A stretch of DNA of 64,000 nt. Origin: Basidiobolus meristosporus CBS 931.73. Its lineage: Eukaryota > Fungi > Basidiobolomycota. The translations under genes and the position numbers were made by a program. Where the stretch lies: contig MCFE01000039.1 of NCBI GenBank assembly GCA_002104905.1, positions 124,001-188,000 of the forward strand, in the 5' to 3' direction. Positions 1 through 11,913 of this stretch are shown one piece after another. Each line of letters opens with the position of its first letter. Within the stretch, counting starts at the first letter, position 1. Under the pieces are notes generated by a model. That model was not told where the DNA came from. It ran no database searches and saw nothing but the letters and a program-made list of their open reading frames with translations.

Positions 1-1929
1 TTGTAATAGACCGCGCAGTAGAAAACATATCTATTAAGCGGGCGGTTGAAAGCATCTACAGCTCCTACCTGCCGAAGGGTGCTCATCCATATCTATATAT
101 CAGTATTAGTATGAAACCCTTGAATGTTGATGTCAACGTTCATCCCACGAAACGCGAGGTATCTATCACGGGGGTCAAATAGAAAGCACTTTGACTGATG
201 CGATGATATCGTAGGTACATTTCTTAAACGAAGAGGAAGTTGTGGAGGAAATTGCACAAGCATTACAAGCACGACTGGCAGATGCGAATTCATCTCGTAC
301 TTTCCTTGCTCAGGTACGGTTTCACACCATCCGGTTATACTCGCAATACTCTAACCTCCAATAACATCACCAGACCGTATTAACAAATGACAAGGATGTT
401 GGAATCCTAACAACCAAGCCCACCGACACCCAAGAACAGTCGACATCAAAAGGTTGGGGAGATGTAGTCATTTGTACTATCTTGAATGATTAGCTTACCA
501 CATTCTCTCAACTAGCTTCAACTCCTGCCAAAGTTCACGAATACAAATTGGTCAGAACTGATAGTCGCGCTAGAACTCTTGAACACTTCTATGATCTTTC
601 TCAATCTGGTTCAAAAAAGATACGAACCTCTGAAAATTCAGATGTATCAAACTCACCTGCAGCCACACCAAAACCTAGTCGTCTGATACCGACTGAGTCT
701 TCGTCAACAAGGTTTTTACTGTGGATGAACCTTTCTTTTACCTAGGACGCAATTAATATGATCCATTTCTTACCACCTGCACAGTAAAGAGAATTCTAAT
801 AGAATGGAGGTAGACAAGCCAGACGACGCACCAGTTCGTACTCACGTCGAAGAGCAGCCAGTCGAAGAAGAGGAAATAGCAAGTACAAAGCAAGTTAGAG
901 TGGAGGTTCGTTTAACAAGTGTATTAGAGCTAAGGGAGGAAATACAAGAGCAAGGCCATCATGGTAAGTATTGTTTCCTATGTAGCACCATTTCAGTCTC
1001 ACTAAAGCCAAAATGTGAAGGCCTCACACAGCTGTTTGGAAACCATACATTTGTTGGTGTGGTGGATGATTCTCTCGCTCTAATTCAGCACCAGACGAAA
1101 CTTTACCTAGTGAATTATCAAACAATCAGGTACTGAGATTGCGTATATTTCCAAGAAAACCGTACATACTGATCAACTGATTGATACAGTGAGGAGCTCT
1201 TCTACCAGCTTGTTCTCAAAGAATTCTGCAATTTTGGGAAGATTGTGCTTTCCTCGCCAGCACCGATCGCGAAGCTTTTAATGGTTGCGCTGGAGGAGGA
1301 GCGAAAGTATGGTTTGGAGCCAGACATCAAGCCCAACCAGGAAATCGTAGAAGTATGGAATCTGAATCTTTTTCTTTGCAACTGGTTATCCATTCGTTGA
1401 CCGCAGGTTGATTCAATTAGCCGATCGTGGATCTCTTGGTATCTAGACGGGACATGCTGCTGGAGTACTTTGCCATGGATATTAATGAAAAGGGCATGTT
1501 GACGAAACTCCCATTAATCATAAAGGGATACGCACCCAATTTAGACAAGCTTCCTATGTTTCTCCTGCGCCTGGGGACTGAGGTACGATATACATGTTCC
1601 AAAGCTTCTAGCCTATCGATATGCACCATACGAGATGAATCCTCATGGTTTAAATCAACATCCAGGTCGATTGGGAGTCAGAGAAGGGGTGCTTCTCTTC
1701 CTTGGCCAGAGAACTCGCCATCTTCTACTCAACGGAAGCACCGGCTCTAGTTGAGGGCGAGAAGCAGAAGAATAAAGCGGCAAAAGAGCGCTTCCGATGG
1801 GAGGTTGAACACCTCATCTTCCCCACCGTCAAAGGACATCTCGTCCCACCGAGCAGCCTGACGGAGGGGAATTGCGTAGTTCAGGTGGCAGATCTGCCTG
1901 AACTCTATCGAATCTTTGAAAGATGTTGA
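1..1929 (+). CDS. MLH1: DNA mismatch repair protein MLH1, 5'-truncated by the window edge, multi-exon
   Basis: Spliced translation gives [19 protein letters not shown]...[18 protein letters not shown] (MutL transducer), [19 protein letters not shown]...[12 protein letters not shown] and [17 protein letters not shown]. It ends in the diagnostic [12 protein letters not shown] at 1929. Confidence 0.97.
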
Positions 1930-2128
1930 AATAAAAGCAAATGTGAATACTGCATTGAATGGGATTTATTTTCACCACTTCAAGAGTGTCGCATGTGTGT
2001 GTAAGAGAAATGTATGGATAAGCTAGCATGGGTCGACAACCAGGGAACGGACTACAGGGTTGGGTGGATTAAAAACAATGACATGAATCTATGTTGGAAA
2101 GTTGCGCGATATTTATGTAAAGGTGGAA

Positions 2129-4364
2129 TCATCTATCGTCTCTGTCATCCCCCCGAGGATTCTTCTTGGGCGGCTGCGCGCCAGCATGCACATCTACCAC
2201 ATCCAAAGGACGCTTGGAGTTCTTGGCATAGCGGTATTGGTCCGGGTCCTCTGGAGGGTAATTCCCGTAGTTGTTGCCATACATCGGTGGTCGATATCCG
2301 TAATAACGATAGTAGTCCATTGGCGGCGGTGGTCTATTCATATTCATCATGTATGGTTGAGGGGGTCCGTTCCAGTAGGGTGCGGGCCGCATGTGAGGGT
2401 AGTACGGCATGGGATTTGGGTAGTTCCGAGGATAGTTGGGGTTCTGTGGTCTCATTCTGGGTGGCTGTGCGGGATCCTTTCCTGGTTGATGCTGCGAGTT
2501 GGATGGCTTGTGATCCTCTTGGGGGCTGGCTTTTTTGGCGCTGGGCTCAGACGCACCGACTGTGGAAATCGGGTTGGTTCCGGCATCTTGATTCGCGCCG
2601 GTTGCTTTGGACGCGGCATAGTTTCTCACATAGCTTTCGACCTCAGAGCGCAGTCCGTTGTTCGGTACCAGGTGGTCGGGGGTTTGATTAGCCGCGAAAC
2701 ATGATGGACAAGTGAACTGGTTCTCCATTAGCTCGTTTCGAATACCTGGAAATTCTGTTGGATTAAACAAAGTCGTTGACATGGAAGAAGATTCGAAAGG
2801 GGCCTACACTCGTCACAGAAGGTTTTACTACAACATGGGATGATCACTGCATCCTTTAGTAGGCCCGAGCAGATGGAGCAGCTTAACTCGGGTTTAACTG
2901 GGATTTGATCGTAAGTAATGGAGGAACGCGCAGTAGCCATGATCTTCTCCCAAGCTTGACTGGAGGGGTCTGGTTAGTATCGATTGGTTTGGCCGCGATT
3001 GCTTCAATACTTACGAATCAGGCTGAGCAACCACCAGACCGCCGTCGGGAGTAACCATCACGCCGCCTTGGGCGTTTTTGGGAGCATCAACAGCCTTCAA
3101 AAAGCTTTTCGGAATTCCAGTGGTACGCTTGATGCGGGGTTTGTCAAATTCTTTGTCGCCGTTAGTCGGACAATTGTTGATGTAATGCCCTGCACCCCGA
3201 AAATCGTTAGAAATTGTTGCCAATGTTGAGTTGCGAGTTGCGGGTTTACTGACCTTTCTGGCCGCAACGGAAGCACACATAGCTAGGCGGGGGAGCCCTA
3301 ACGGGCATGCTGTTGCTATTCTGCGGACGTTTCTTGAAAGGTGTCATGATCGGTGTTGCTCTAAGTTGGATGTCAGCTGCGTGAGTAGGCGTACCGTCAT
3401 AATGAAACAATAACATGCTTACTCGGCCATTCTCTCCTGTTGTTGCTCCCACTGCTCACTACTTTGTCTGAACATGGCTTGAATCCTGGCCTCCTCAGAA
3501 TCGTCATCAAGTGGAACCGTTGGTGGTGGGGGATTCATGGCCTATTTGATGTCTATTACTGATCAGTTCTCAAGTGAAACGCTATATATTCAAACCGTAC
3601 CGGAGCAGGCGTATTGTCCATATGGCTTCTGAGAGGTGATTAGCAGGTGGGGAGAAAATCCATATCGTAAAGGAAAACATACCCTCCGACATTGCCCCTT
3701 GGCCGAGGCTTCGGCACCAACCCCTGCGGATTCGAGGCGTGTCCACTGACATAGTGCTGAGCAGTACCTTTGCCGGGTTTCGAGGCGGGCAGGCGGCGCA
3801 CGATCACTGAAGTGGCCCTGGGAACGATAAAGGTATCATCGGAATATTCTATGCAAGTTCAAATAGGAATTAATGACCGAGACCGAAAAAAAGGCATCAA
3901 AGGGACAGGAAGTGCGTGTAAAGAAGGGCATTCCTCGAGTGGGTGGGCGGGTCAACTTGAAAAAATAAACACAGGTGCCGTTCCATACGGAACGAAACGC
4001 TTCCACCTCACATGAGAAGGCCATGAAAAACCACCTGGGTAGCAGCTCTTTTCTTTTTAATTGTTACGAGACAAAAGTTTATTTTTTTGGTTTGGGCTCG
4101 AAAACCAAGAAGTTTCAAAAGGAATGGTGACCAGGTACACGCTTCCAAACCGACAAGAGTTGCCCCAGCAAGAAGGAAAATTTTAGCGACCCTACCTTCA
4201 TCTGACTGCGCGTTATAGATGGCAAGGTCGAAATCCGTGCCCTTTCCTAGCTTCTTGGCTAATATGATTTCCCGCTTGAGATCGAAGACGGAGATGCCGG
4301 TTCCGTCGAACGTGCAGATATCATAATCTTTGGCGGATTTAAACTTATAATATACAACTGACAT
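2129..4364 (-). CDS. MPE1: MPE1/RBBP6 cleavage and polyadenylation factor (DWNN ubiquitin-like domain, CCHC zinc knuckle, RING/U-box)
   Basis: ATG at 4364 gives MSVVYYKFKSAKDYDICTFDGTGISVFDLKREII (DWNN). Also PPPSYVCFRCGQK..HYINNCPTN (zinc knuckle), RIKRTTGIPKSFL, and ELSCSICSGLLKDAVIIPCCSKTFCDEC..FTCPSC (RING). Intron 1 is 4195..3849. Confidence 0.95.
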
Positions 4365-4591
4365 GGTAACGTTCACACCAAAGAACAAGATCGGTTGGTT
4401 GGAACGAGAGAAAGAAGAGTATCTATGTGACCGGAAATGCACTGACAGATACTCAAGGAATTCAAATGAAAAAAAAAGTCCGCCATGCACCAATTAACAT
4501 GTATGCCATTCTGGTGATTTAAGCAATTCTTTGATTGGATGTTTATTCAAAAAGCAGAAAGCAAAAAGCAAAAAGCATAATAATAGAACAG

Positions 4592-5432
4592 CTATGAGGT
4601 CAGTCTATCGACAATCCAGTCAAGTCCGTCGAATAGGCTAAATGGGAGTTAGTGGGGCTTCGGTTTCCAGGAGCATGATGGCTAACTTACCCAAATCCAG
4701 TGAGAGCCGAGCAAGCTTGGATGTGCCATTGACGGTCGGTGAGTGAGGTCAACGAGAGTGCTTCTGAGATTTGAGCTGCGGAAAGTGCGCCCTGGAGGTC
4801 CTGCTTGTTGGCGAGAATCAAGAGGCTTGCGGTTTTCAAGGACTGCAGTTGGATCGTCCCGAAATTAGTGTCTGTATCTGGCGTGGTGTGATGATTCGAT
4901 TATCTCTTACGTCACTCTCCAGCATCTTATGCAACTCTGCCTTGGCTAAGTGTATTCTATCTTTGTCGTTACTATCAATAACCATGATTACCGCCTGCAA
5001 GGACTTGTTAGTGCTGTGCATAGGAGGCCAACTCGATAGATGCTGTACCTTGGCATTGGTGTAATAGGCGGACCATGAAGCTCGCAAGGCCTCTTGCCCG
5101 CCAACATCCCACATCAGGAACCGAACATTCTTGTATACAATTTCCTAGCCGCAAACAAAGGTCAATCACAGCCCAACAGTAGATGCATGTTTAAGGCAGC
5201 ATACCTCTACATTACTACCAATGGTAGGTGTGGTGGAAGCGACCTCGTTATACAAACTGCAACAGCATCATAAAGTCAGCGTATCTCTTCATAGTGTCGG
5301 TTAAATATCACCTCTTTCTTACAGTTTGTATAGCACAGTAGTTTTACCAGCGTTATCCAAGCCAACAATTACGATCTTATGCTCATCGTTACTCCAAAAT
5401 AATCTCCAGACTTTACTAAACAGAATCCCCAT
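4592..5432 (-). CDS. ARL5: ADP-ribosylation factor-like GTPase ARL5, multi-exon
   Basis: [65 protein letters not shown] and [11 protein letters not shown]. The N-terminus and switch II match ARL5 rather than ARF1/ARL1. Confidence 0.85.
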
Positions 5433-6022
5433 TGTCGGCCACTTCGGGGAACGAGAGAGATGTTGGTTAGAGCAGTGTATCGGGGGAGAAAAGCCGAGTG
5501 CTACCTTATGTAGGGAGTGAAAAGGGAGTACGGGAATTCCATTGTGAAATCGATACAAATTTGATGAGAAATTTACATGAAGTTGTAACCATAGTCAAGC
5601 TTCTGGGCCACCACCATATGATAGGGTCGGTGCAGTCCTTCATCACAACTTTCCATGCTACGACACACTCCTGAAATGGGCCCAAATCTCTGCCTCAGGC
5701 GACATCTTGGATGTAACCACCAACATGCATTCTCAAGCATCCAAATCCATCTCTTGTTGAATCCCAGATACTCGTTTTTCATTATCTATGCCATCAATCA
5801 CGTGAAATTCTTCAACTTGATTCGAAAATTTCCTCATCCTTAACCTGAGTCTGAAGCCACGTCTTTCCCACGTCTTTCTTTTGTGTACTAAGAATACCTA
5901 CTTCTGCCTGCTTGATTCCATACTCTGAAAGTTTTGTCTATCGCGTTTTAGCATATAGATTCTTCATTGTAGCGAATCATCTGTTGAAAACTTGTACATC
6001 TCTTAAATAGATAGCACTAATC

Positions 6023-7156
6023 ATGGTAGTTTACTGCTCATACTGGTGGAAGCTTTTCCCCCTTCCCTCTGATTAACTTTCTACCTTTATAGACCGACAC
6101 AGATGTCAAAGACACTTCTCGATTTTCCAACGGGGATGGAAGAAAAGATTCTCGGGAAGATCTTCCTCTTGATCAATTAGATAGCAACTCACATATGGAT
6201 CGTCGCCCCCAATCCCCTCGACGAGATGAGCCCAGCCGACGAGAATCTATCGATGAAGTCAACCCCGGCAACAACTTGTTCATCACTGGCCTTTCCAAGC
6301 TTACACGTGAACAGGACTTGGAGATTTTATTTGAGAAGTTCGGAAAAGTAAGCCCCACACACACGAGTGCTCCATCCCCACTCGACCGTTCACACTAACC
6401 GACCTCAACTGCAATAGGTATCAAAATGCGAAGTTGTACGTGAGCCACACTCCCGGGAATCAAGAAGATTCGCTTTCGTAGAGATGGAGAAGATGGAAGA
6501 AGCCGAGGCTGCTATTAAAGCCATCAGTGGCCAAGATGTTCACGGACGAATCATCACCGTCGAAAAGGTTAGCATTTATTGAGTGCACGCAACGCTGCAC
6601 TGGCTAAACAAGCGTATTTCAGGCTCGTCGCTCGCGGCCACGTGATCCCACACCCGGCATGTATGCAGGAAAACCAAGACCCAGACGTCCGGGTAGCTAT
6701 TTAAAGGCATTCACGCTTTATGTTAGATCACTGATTAATTGACGGTTTATAGAGCGTCGCTATGATCCCTATCCACCACCAAGCTATGAGCCACGCTACG
6801 ACCGACCACCACCACGTGAATATGAGCGCCGCTCATACTCTCGTGACTATGATCGCTACGAGCGTGAATACAGCGGGGGCGGAAGTGGGCGTTTCGATCG
6901 CCCAGACAGATACGACCGTTATGAGCGCTACCCACGCTCTTACGACTCGTATGATCGCTATGAACGCCCTTCGAGATATGATAGATACGATGATCGCGAG
7001 CGTAGACCCCGATATGATTACCCACCAGTAGGGATGCCACCAAGATCTCGAAGCCCCCCACCACGCTCCGACAGAGGTTATCCTGAAAGAAGATCTCGAA
7101 GCCCTCGCGGCGATAGAGGCACTTACACCGATCGCAGATCCAGAAGCCCTCGCTAA
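6023..7156 (+). CDS. Tra2/SR-like RRM protein with RS/RD/RY-rich tail
   Basis: The first coding exon appears to be only the ATG (6023-6025), followed by intron 6026..6092 and an in-frame continuation. RRM: NPGNNLFITGLS...LFEKFGKV..C.VVREPHSRESRRFAFVEM...GRIITVEKARRSRPRDPTPG. The C-terminus has YDRY and RSRSP repeats; stop at 7154-7156. Confidence 0.88.
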
Positions 7157-8656
7157 CTCTGACCAAGCCGAATCGTCACGACTTGAATTCACTTTTTTCT
7201 ATCACTAGTTTTTTTTATAACCAACGGTCAAGTAGAAACGCCCGCGACTCTTCCAGTCATTCAATTCTGAGGCGCACAATCAATCACTATTAAAATTGCC
7301 CATAAAAGCAAACAAAAAAATATAACAGACAGAAGCAATGCCAATTTCCAATCGTTTTTTTCAAACAATCTTGTTGCTTCGTAATCAGCATGGTACGGAC
7401 GCACGCAACTACACCAAACATAATAAAAGGATGATCGACCCCACGCACTCATTCGACTGCGAGTGGAGACTGAGCCACGTCTCCCCGAGCCATTTCTTCT
7501 TCACCACCACTCCATCTAGCTTCTTCGCTCGCTTGGTCAGAAACGAGGCTGCTGGATCTGACGCTTCCTTCGCGCTCGCCCTCGTACTCCCGCGCCTACC
7601 ATCGCTTTTTCACCACGACACCTGCGACGACACACACGCACCCCCATCACTTTACAATTGAACTAACCTTCATCATTCAAAATAGGCCCGTACTCCTGCC
7701 AATGGCCCCATTGGATGCTGCGAGAACACCGCGCGCCGAGCAAGGTAAGCACTTTTACGGTACGAATTCGTGAATGAGTTTGTTCCGGTTCGGTCATTCT
7801 ATATGGAATCCCCCGCACCAAAAGGTCGTGTATATCTAATAAAGCCAACTCGCTCGGCGTCAGCGCTGGCGAAATCCAACTCGAACGTGTATATTATCTC
7901 GTTATCGCCCCACATTTACCCAACAGCTGAGAGGTCCAACTCAAAATCATCTCCTACAATACTCGCTTCCCACCCGAGTCCATTCGACCAATTTCCCAAC
8001 GAAACCTCCCTATCTACCTCAACACCTACCACATTCCTTCTGAGAAAGTGTAATCAACACCACACCACGCCAAACAATTGCTAATTGGTCAGAGACAATC
8101 CTCGGGTTCATGAAAATAACACTTGACCACAGTCAACACAATAAATGGCCATTAAAGATTGCTGTCGGTACCTCAGCTCCTCGACCAATGTCGGGGATTA
8201 CTGAAGATGATTAATTGTTTCGGTTGGTGATGAGACATGTTTGTTGAACGTGATTAGCTTAGCCCGTTGGGCGTGATGAATAATACCCCCCCCTCCGGAA
8301 TCACGTGCTCAGATAGTCAACGAACGACGCTGATGATGACTATCCACCCATTGCGGAATCTGGACGAGATGGTCGGAAATTTTCGATAGGTCAATGTTTC
8401 TATTTCAAGCAGGTTTTACTATACAAGTGTTATGTATTCTTATTAAATATAGAGTTTAGGAGCTATGCATGGACTGAGTGAGAGAAGTGGAATCTATACA
8501 AGAATGACAGTGAAAGAGAGAGCAAACACTTTCGAGCCAAAGCAGAGGGTCTATTCAAAATGGGAAGGGCTGAGGATTAGATTACTGGTATACCACTACG
8601 GGCGGGAAGAGAGACATGGATGGGGAGCAGGTTTGTGGAACGCGGGGCTTTACAGC

Positions 8657-9343
8657 TCACGGATATATCGTGAGGAATGGTTCACCACTGGTTGCTTTGC
8701 ATGAATCAGCTTTGGTACCAGGTTTTTCGGGTGACTGCTTCCATAACTTTTGAAGCAGCAGCTTAGACTGGTTCTGAAGAATCCGTTTGAAGTTCCGTTG
8801 CTGTTGGAAGAGGAAGTCCGGGGTGCACACGAACTCCTGTGGGGTCAGCCATTGCCCATTGATACAGATCTTGGGCACGAACGAGATGAAAGCCTTCTTG
8901 GTGACGGTGTAGGTCAACCTCCAGGGGGACTTCCGCGGGACCCTAGGCCGCACCGAAAGGGACGTCTCCGAATTGAACAGCTCGTACTTTTTCGACTCCT
9001 TTAGTAGGTTGGGGGTTAGGAACTCCTGGTTTTCGGTCTTTACCGGGACAAAGGCGTCTTTGTTGGAGAGATGGAAGTAGCGAACCGACACCCTTTGGGA
9101 AGGGTAAAACTGAAGCTCCGCGGTTTTCGGGTCGCACGATTTGCACTCGAACTCGGCGGAGAACCGCCAAGAGTTGGCTTGGTGAAAGATAAGGGAGACC
9201 CGCAGCGGGGCGACAACCAGGCGCCGCTTGAGAACATGATGGGCCACCTCCCATAGACTGGGGGACACCTTGAAAAGGCTTAGCAAAGTGGGACGGTCTA
9301 AATTCTGAAGAATGACTATCTGAACATCAACAGGTAAAAGCAA
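8657..9343 (-). CDS. F-box-like protein, start codon unresolved
   Basis: The 228-codon ORF begins LLPVDVQIVILQNLDRPTLLSLFKVSPSLWEVA, an F-box consensus. It has no in-frame ATG; the nearby ATGs (MSVFKRTKAAAHMPPF) are one base out of frame across TTTT runs near 9335-9345. So either an upstream exon or a 1-nt indel is needed. Confidence 0.6.
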   Translation of the reverse strand: MLLPVDVQIVILQNLDRPTLLSLFKVSPSLWEVAHHVLKRRLVVAPLRVSLIFHQANSWRFSAEFECKSCDPKTAELQFYPSQRVSVRYFHLSNKDAFVPVKTENQEFLTPNLLKESKKYELFNSETSLSVRPRVPRKSPWRLTYTVTKKAFISFVPKICINGQWLTPQEFVCTPDFLFQQQRNFKRILQNQSKLLLQKLWKQSPEKPGTKADSCKATSGEPFLTIYP

Positions 9344-10700
9344 AAGGTGGCATGTGGGCGGCAGCTTTGGTCCGTTTAAAGACGCTCATGCTCGCGACGA
9401 ATTAGGAATACTGGTATGTGGGAATGCGAAGTGAGCGGACCGTTTGGTGGGTGGTGGTGAGATGGAAAGTGCGTTTTATTTCAGTGGAGCGAAGGGGTGA
9501 CATAAAAGTGTTCACCAGGCCAGTCACCATTGGTGGAAAACTCCTCCTACACTAAGAAATCCCTGAGAAATCGCCCATTTTCGAGATATTTTCATGGGAA
9601 CTCCTTCCATTTCAACTTGGTTAGTTTGCCTATCTATTTTGGGGGATTCAATCAAGTGATGTAGCATCTGAATCAGCCAATGATGTCCCCGCCGTCCAAA
9701 AACAGGATGGTGATGGGTTTGAATGGATGGTTAATGGAACGTTTATTCAATGTATGCACACCGCACCAATCTGACTACTGTTGAACAACCTCACTTTACC
9801 GGTATATACGCTGTGGTTTCAATAGGTGTATTTGTAGCTCTGCCTCTGGCCTTCCAAATTAGGCAATTTAATCATTGGCACTCATGCAGCAAATGAGAGA
9901 GAAACCAGACAACCTATGTGCGGGACAACCAGTGAGCCCGCTGAGCCAGATGACTCATATTTCCAACCAGCCCAACATTCTTTTGGTAATTGTGCCATTT
10001 GACCAAGAGCATGCGGCTATCTATCAGACGTCGAGACATGTGTAGATGCGAAGATAAGTCATCTCCATCCTCTAGCGCAGTTTTACCTGCGTATCACGAG
10101 GACTTTTTCCTCTTTAAGGATCTTCCTGATCAACACCATCATCATCATCATCGTTGTGAAGCACAAACATGATTCAGAGAGGTTAGGATGCACTTGGATA
10201 GGCTCTCCTGGGCACTGCTGCGTACGGACCCCTGACTCAATGTGTGGTTTTCAACAACCACATATGATAAAGTTACCAAAAGAGGCGGTGATAAGTTAGA
10301 GTCTAGTCGACAAATCGAAAAGCGCCTTGGTTGTGTTCTGGATGACCTCTCGCCGTTCCTCGTGCTTTAGACAATGTCCATTGCGAGGGCCGAAACGCAA
10401 CGACGAGGAGATTAAAAAAGCAATACAGACGTAGTATCCCGAAGATCCGTAAGGCATCGTCCATTAAGAGAGTAATTTAGACAAGATTGCCCGATCCTCC
10501 CAAGCCAATATCACATAATGTGCTATCCTGCAACATGCTCCGCGATAGCGGAAGTATTGTTGCGAGCGATGCGGCTAATTTGTCATTTCTGAGCGGGCTT
10601 GACAGGGAGTGCATGCGTACAGTAAATCCTCACGGTACTTTAGTTAAAACTTTGGTCAAATTAAGTGAAGCTACTAAACTTAATAAATGACCAGTGTCCC

Positions 10701-10770
10701 AACCAAATTTAATCAAGTAATGAGTGGTTCAACTAAATTTAATCAAGTAGTGGTTTAACTAAATTTACTC
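10701..10770. repeat. Imperfect AT-rich tandem repeat, about 2.5 copies of a 26-30 bp unit
   Basis: AACCAAATTTAATCAAGTAATGAGTGGTTC (10701), AACTAAATTTAATCAAGTAGTGGTTT (10731), AACTAAATTTACTC (10757). Confidence 0.75.
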
Positions 10771-10911
10771 AGAAAATAGGCATTCTCTCAGACGGTGGAG
10801 AAAGGTAAATCTATTCAACAAAGAGTGGGTAAATGATGAAAGGTGAAGGATGAAATGGGTGAATCAATGAGGCATAAATAATAGTGGAGTTGGTGGTTAT
10901 ATGATATGCAT

Positions 10912-11590
10912 CTATTCCAGTTTATTCACCTCCACTTCGGAGATCCTGAGAACAGTGTAGGGTTGTCTATGGGTGAGGCGACGTTGATATCCCTTTCTTC
11001 TCTTCTTCTTGATGATCTCGATTTGCTTTCCCTTGGGCTGTTCGATCACCGTTGCACGGATGCTGTAGAAGTCTGAATTCACGTAGGGCTTTCCCTGGAT
11101 GGTATAATCATGGGAACCAAGCTCTCGAACTCTATTGAGCTTCAATATATCGCCCAGTTGAACCTCCTTCATATGATCCACTACGACGACATCGTTCTTG
11201 GTTACAAGGAAAGGGCGTCCGGCAATCTCAGCAATAGCATAATAACGGAGTTGGTCTCTGAGAGTGTTGACAGCCTTCACGGTTTCGGGTTCATGCTTCG
11301 CGACGGCGCTTTGTTCACCTGCAGAAGGCATTCATTAGATTCATATACAAAAATCGCACAGAAGCATAAGCTGTCGGCAGCACCAATGGAGAGAAACTTA
11401 CTCAGGAGCTGGCTGTTTTGATGGAAATGGCGGACAAAGGCTGAAATTAAGAAGAGACAACCATTAGTTCCAGCTCAAACGGAAACTCGTACAAGCTAAG
11501 CATACATTGAGTTAATAGGGGACTTTGAGTCGACTTGGCGGCCGAAAAACAGGCCCTAGCGGCACTTTTGTATATGTTTAGAGAGAGCAT
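10912..11590 (-). CDS. MRPL21: Mitochondrial ribosomal protein bL21m (yeast Mrpl49 orthologue), 3 exons
   Basis: Presequence MLSLNIYKSAARACFSAAK. L21 core YAIAEIAGRPFLVTKNDVVVV...IKLNRVRELGSHDYTIQGKP...KGKQIEIIKKKRRKGYQRRLTHRQPYTVLRI. Confidence 0.93.
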
Positions 11591-11913
11591 ATCGTGTAAT
11601 ACCAGACCGCAGAGTGGAGAGGAATATGAACACGAGACAAAAACTTCACTCGCCGCTGGGAATTGGGAAATCTTCAAAATTTTTACTCGATGGGTGACTT
11701 TTTTCGACTGAATCAGATCCATTCTGCAATGAAGTCAGTTAGGTTCCATGTTGGGGAGGGGAATGGGCCTAATCGAATAAGCCTAATCGAAAATTTAATC
11801 TGGTTACTCATTTGATTGATCCTATCTTGAGGGGTTCAATAGAGTGAAAATTTCTTGGTGATTAGCAACTTTTGAACGATTTCGGTGGCTCCTACTTGTC
11901 TTCTTCATCCAAC
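11591..11913. promoter_or_regulatory. Bidirectional promoter shared by bL21m and uL24m
   Basis: 323 bp separate the two divergent ATGs. The region contains GCCTAATCGAA twice (11767 and 11781). Confidence 0.6.

Noticed and set aside
2014-2704. Two long plus-strand ORFs of 225 and 200 aa
   Set aside because: They are antisense to the Pro/Tyr-rich MPE1 last exon and have no recognisable motifs.
8272-8333. GTGATGA...CTGA spaced like a box C/D snoRNA
   Set aside because: No terminal stem, no clear C'/D' boxes and no rRNA-complementary guide I can recognise.
9990-10172. Short ORF with a His run
   Set aside because: The His run is a (CAT)5 microsatellite, and no splice model gives a coherent protein.
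10339-10409. Three-way-junction-like fold (TCCTCGT/ACGAGGA, GAC/GTC, TTGCG/CGCAA) containing GGCCGAAAC, reminiscent of a hammerhead ribozyme
   Set aside because: There is no correctly placed CUGANGA core (only CTGGATGA outside the stem). The stems are short enough to occur by chance.
10701-10770. Direct repeats as a CRISPR-like array
   Set aside because: The copies are contiguous with no unique spacers, there are only about 2.5 copies, and the context is eukaryotic with no cas genes.
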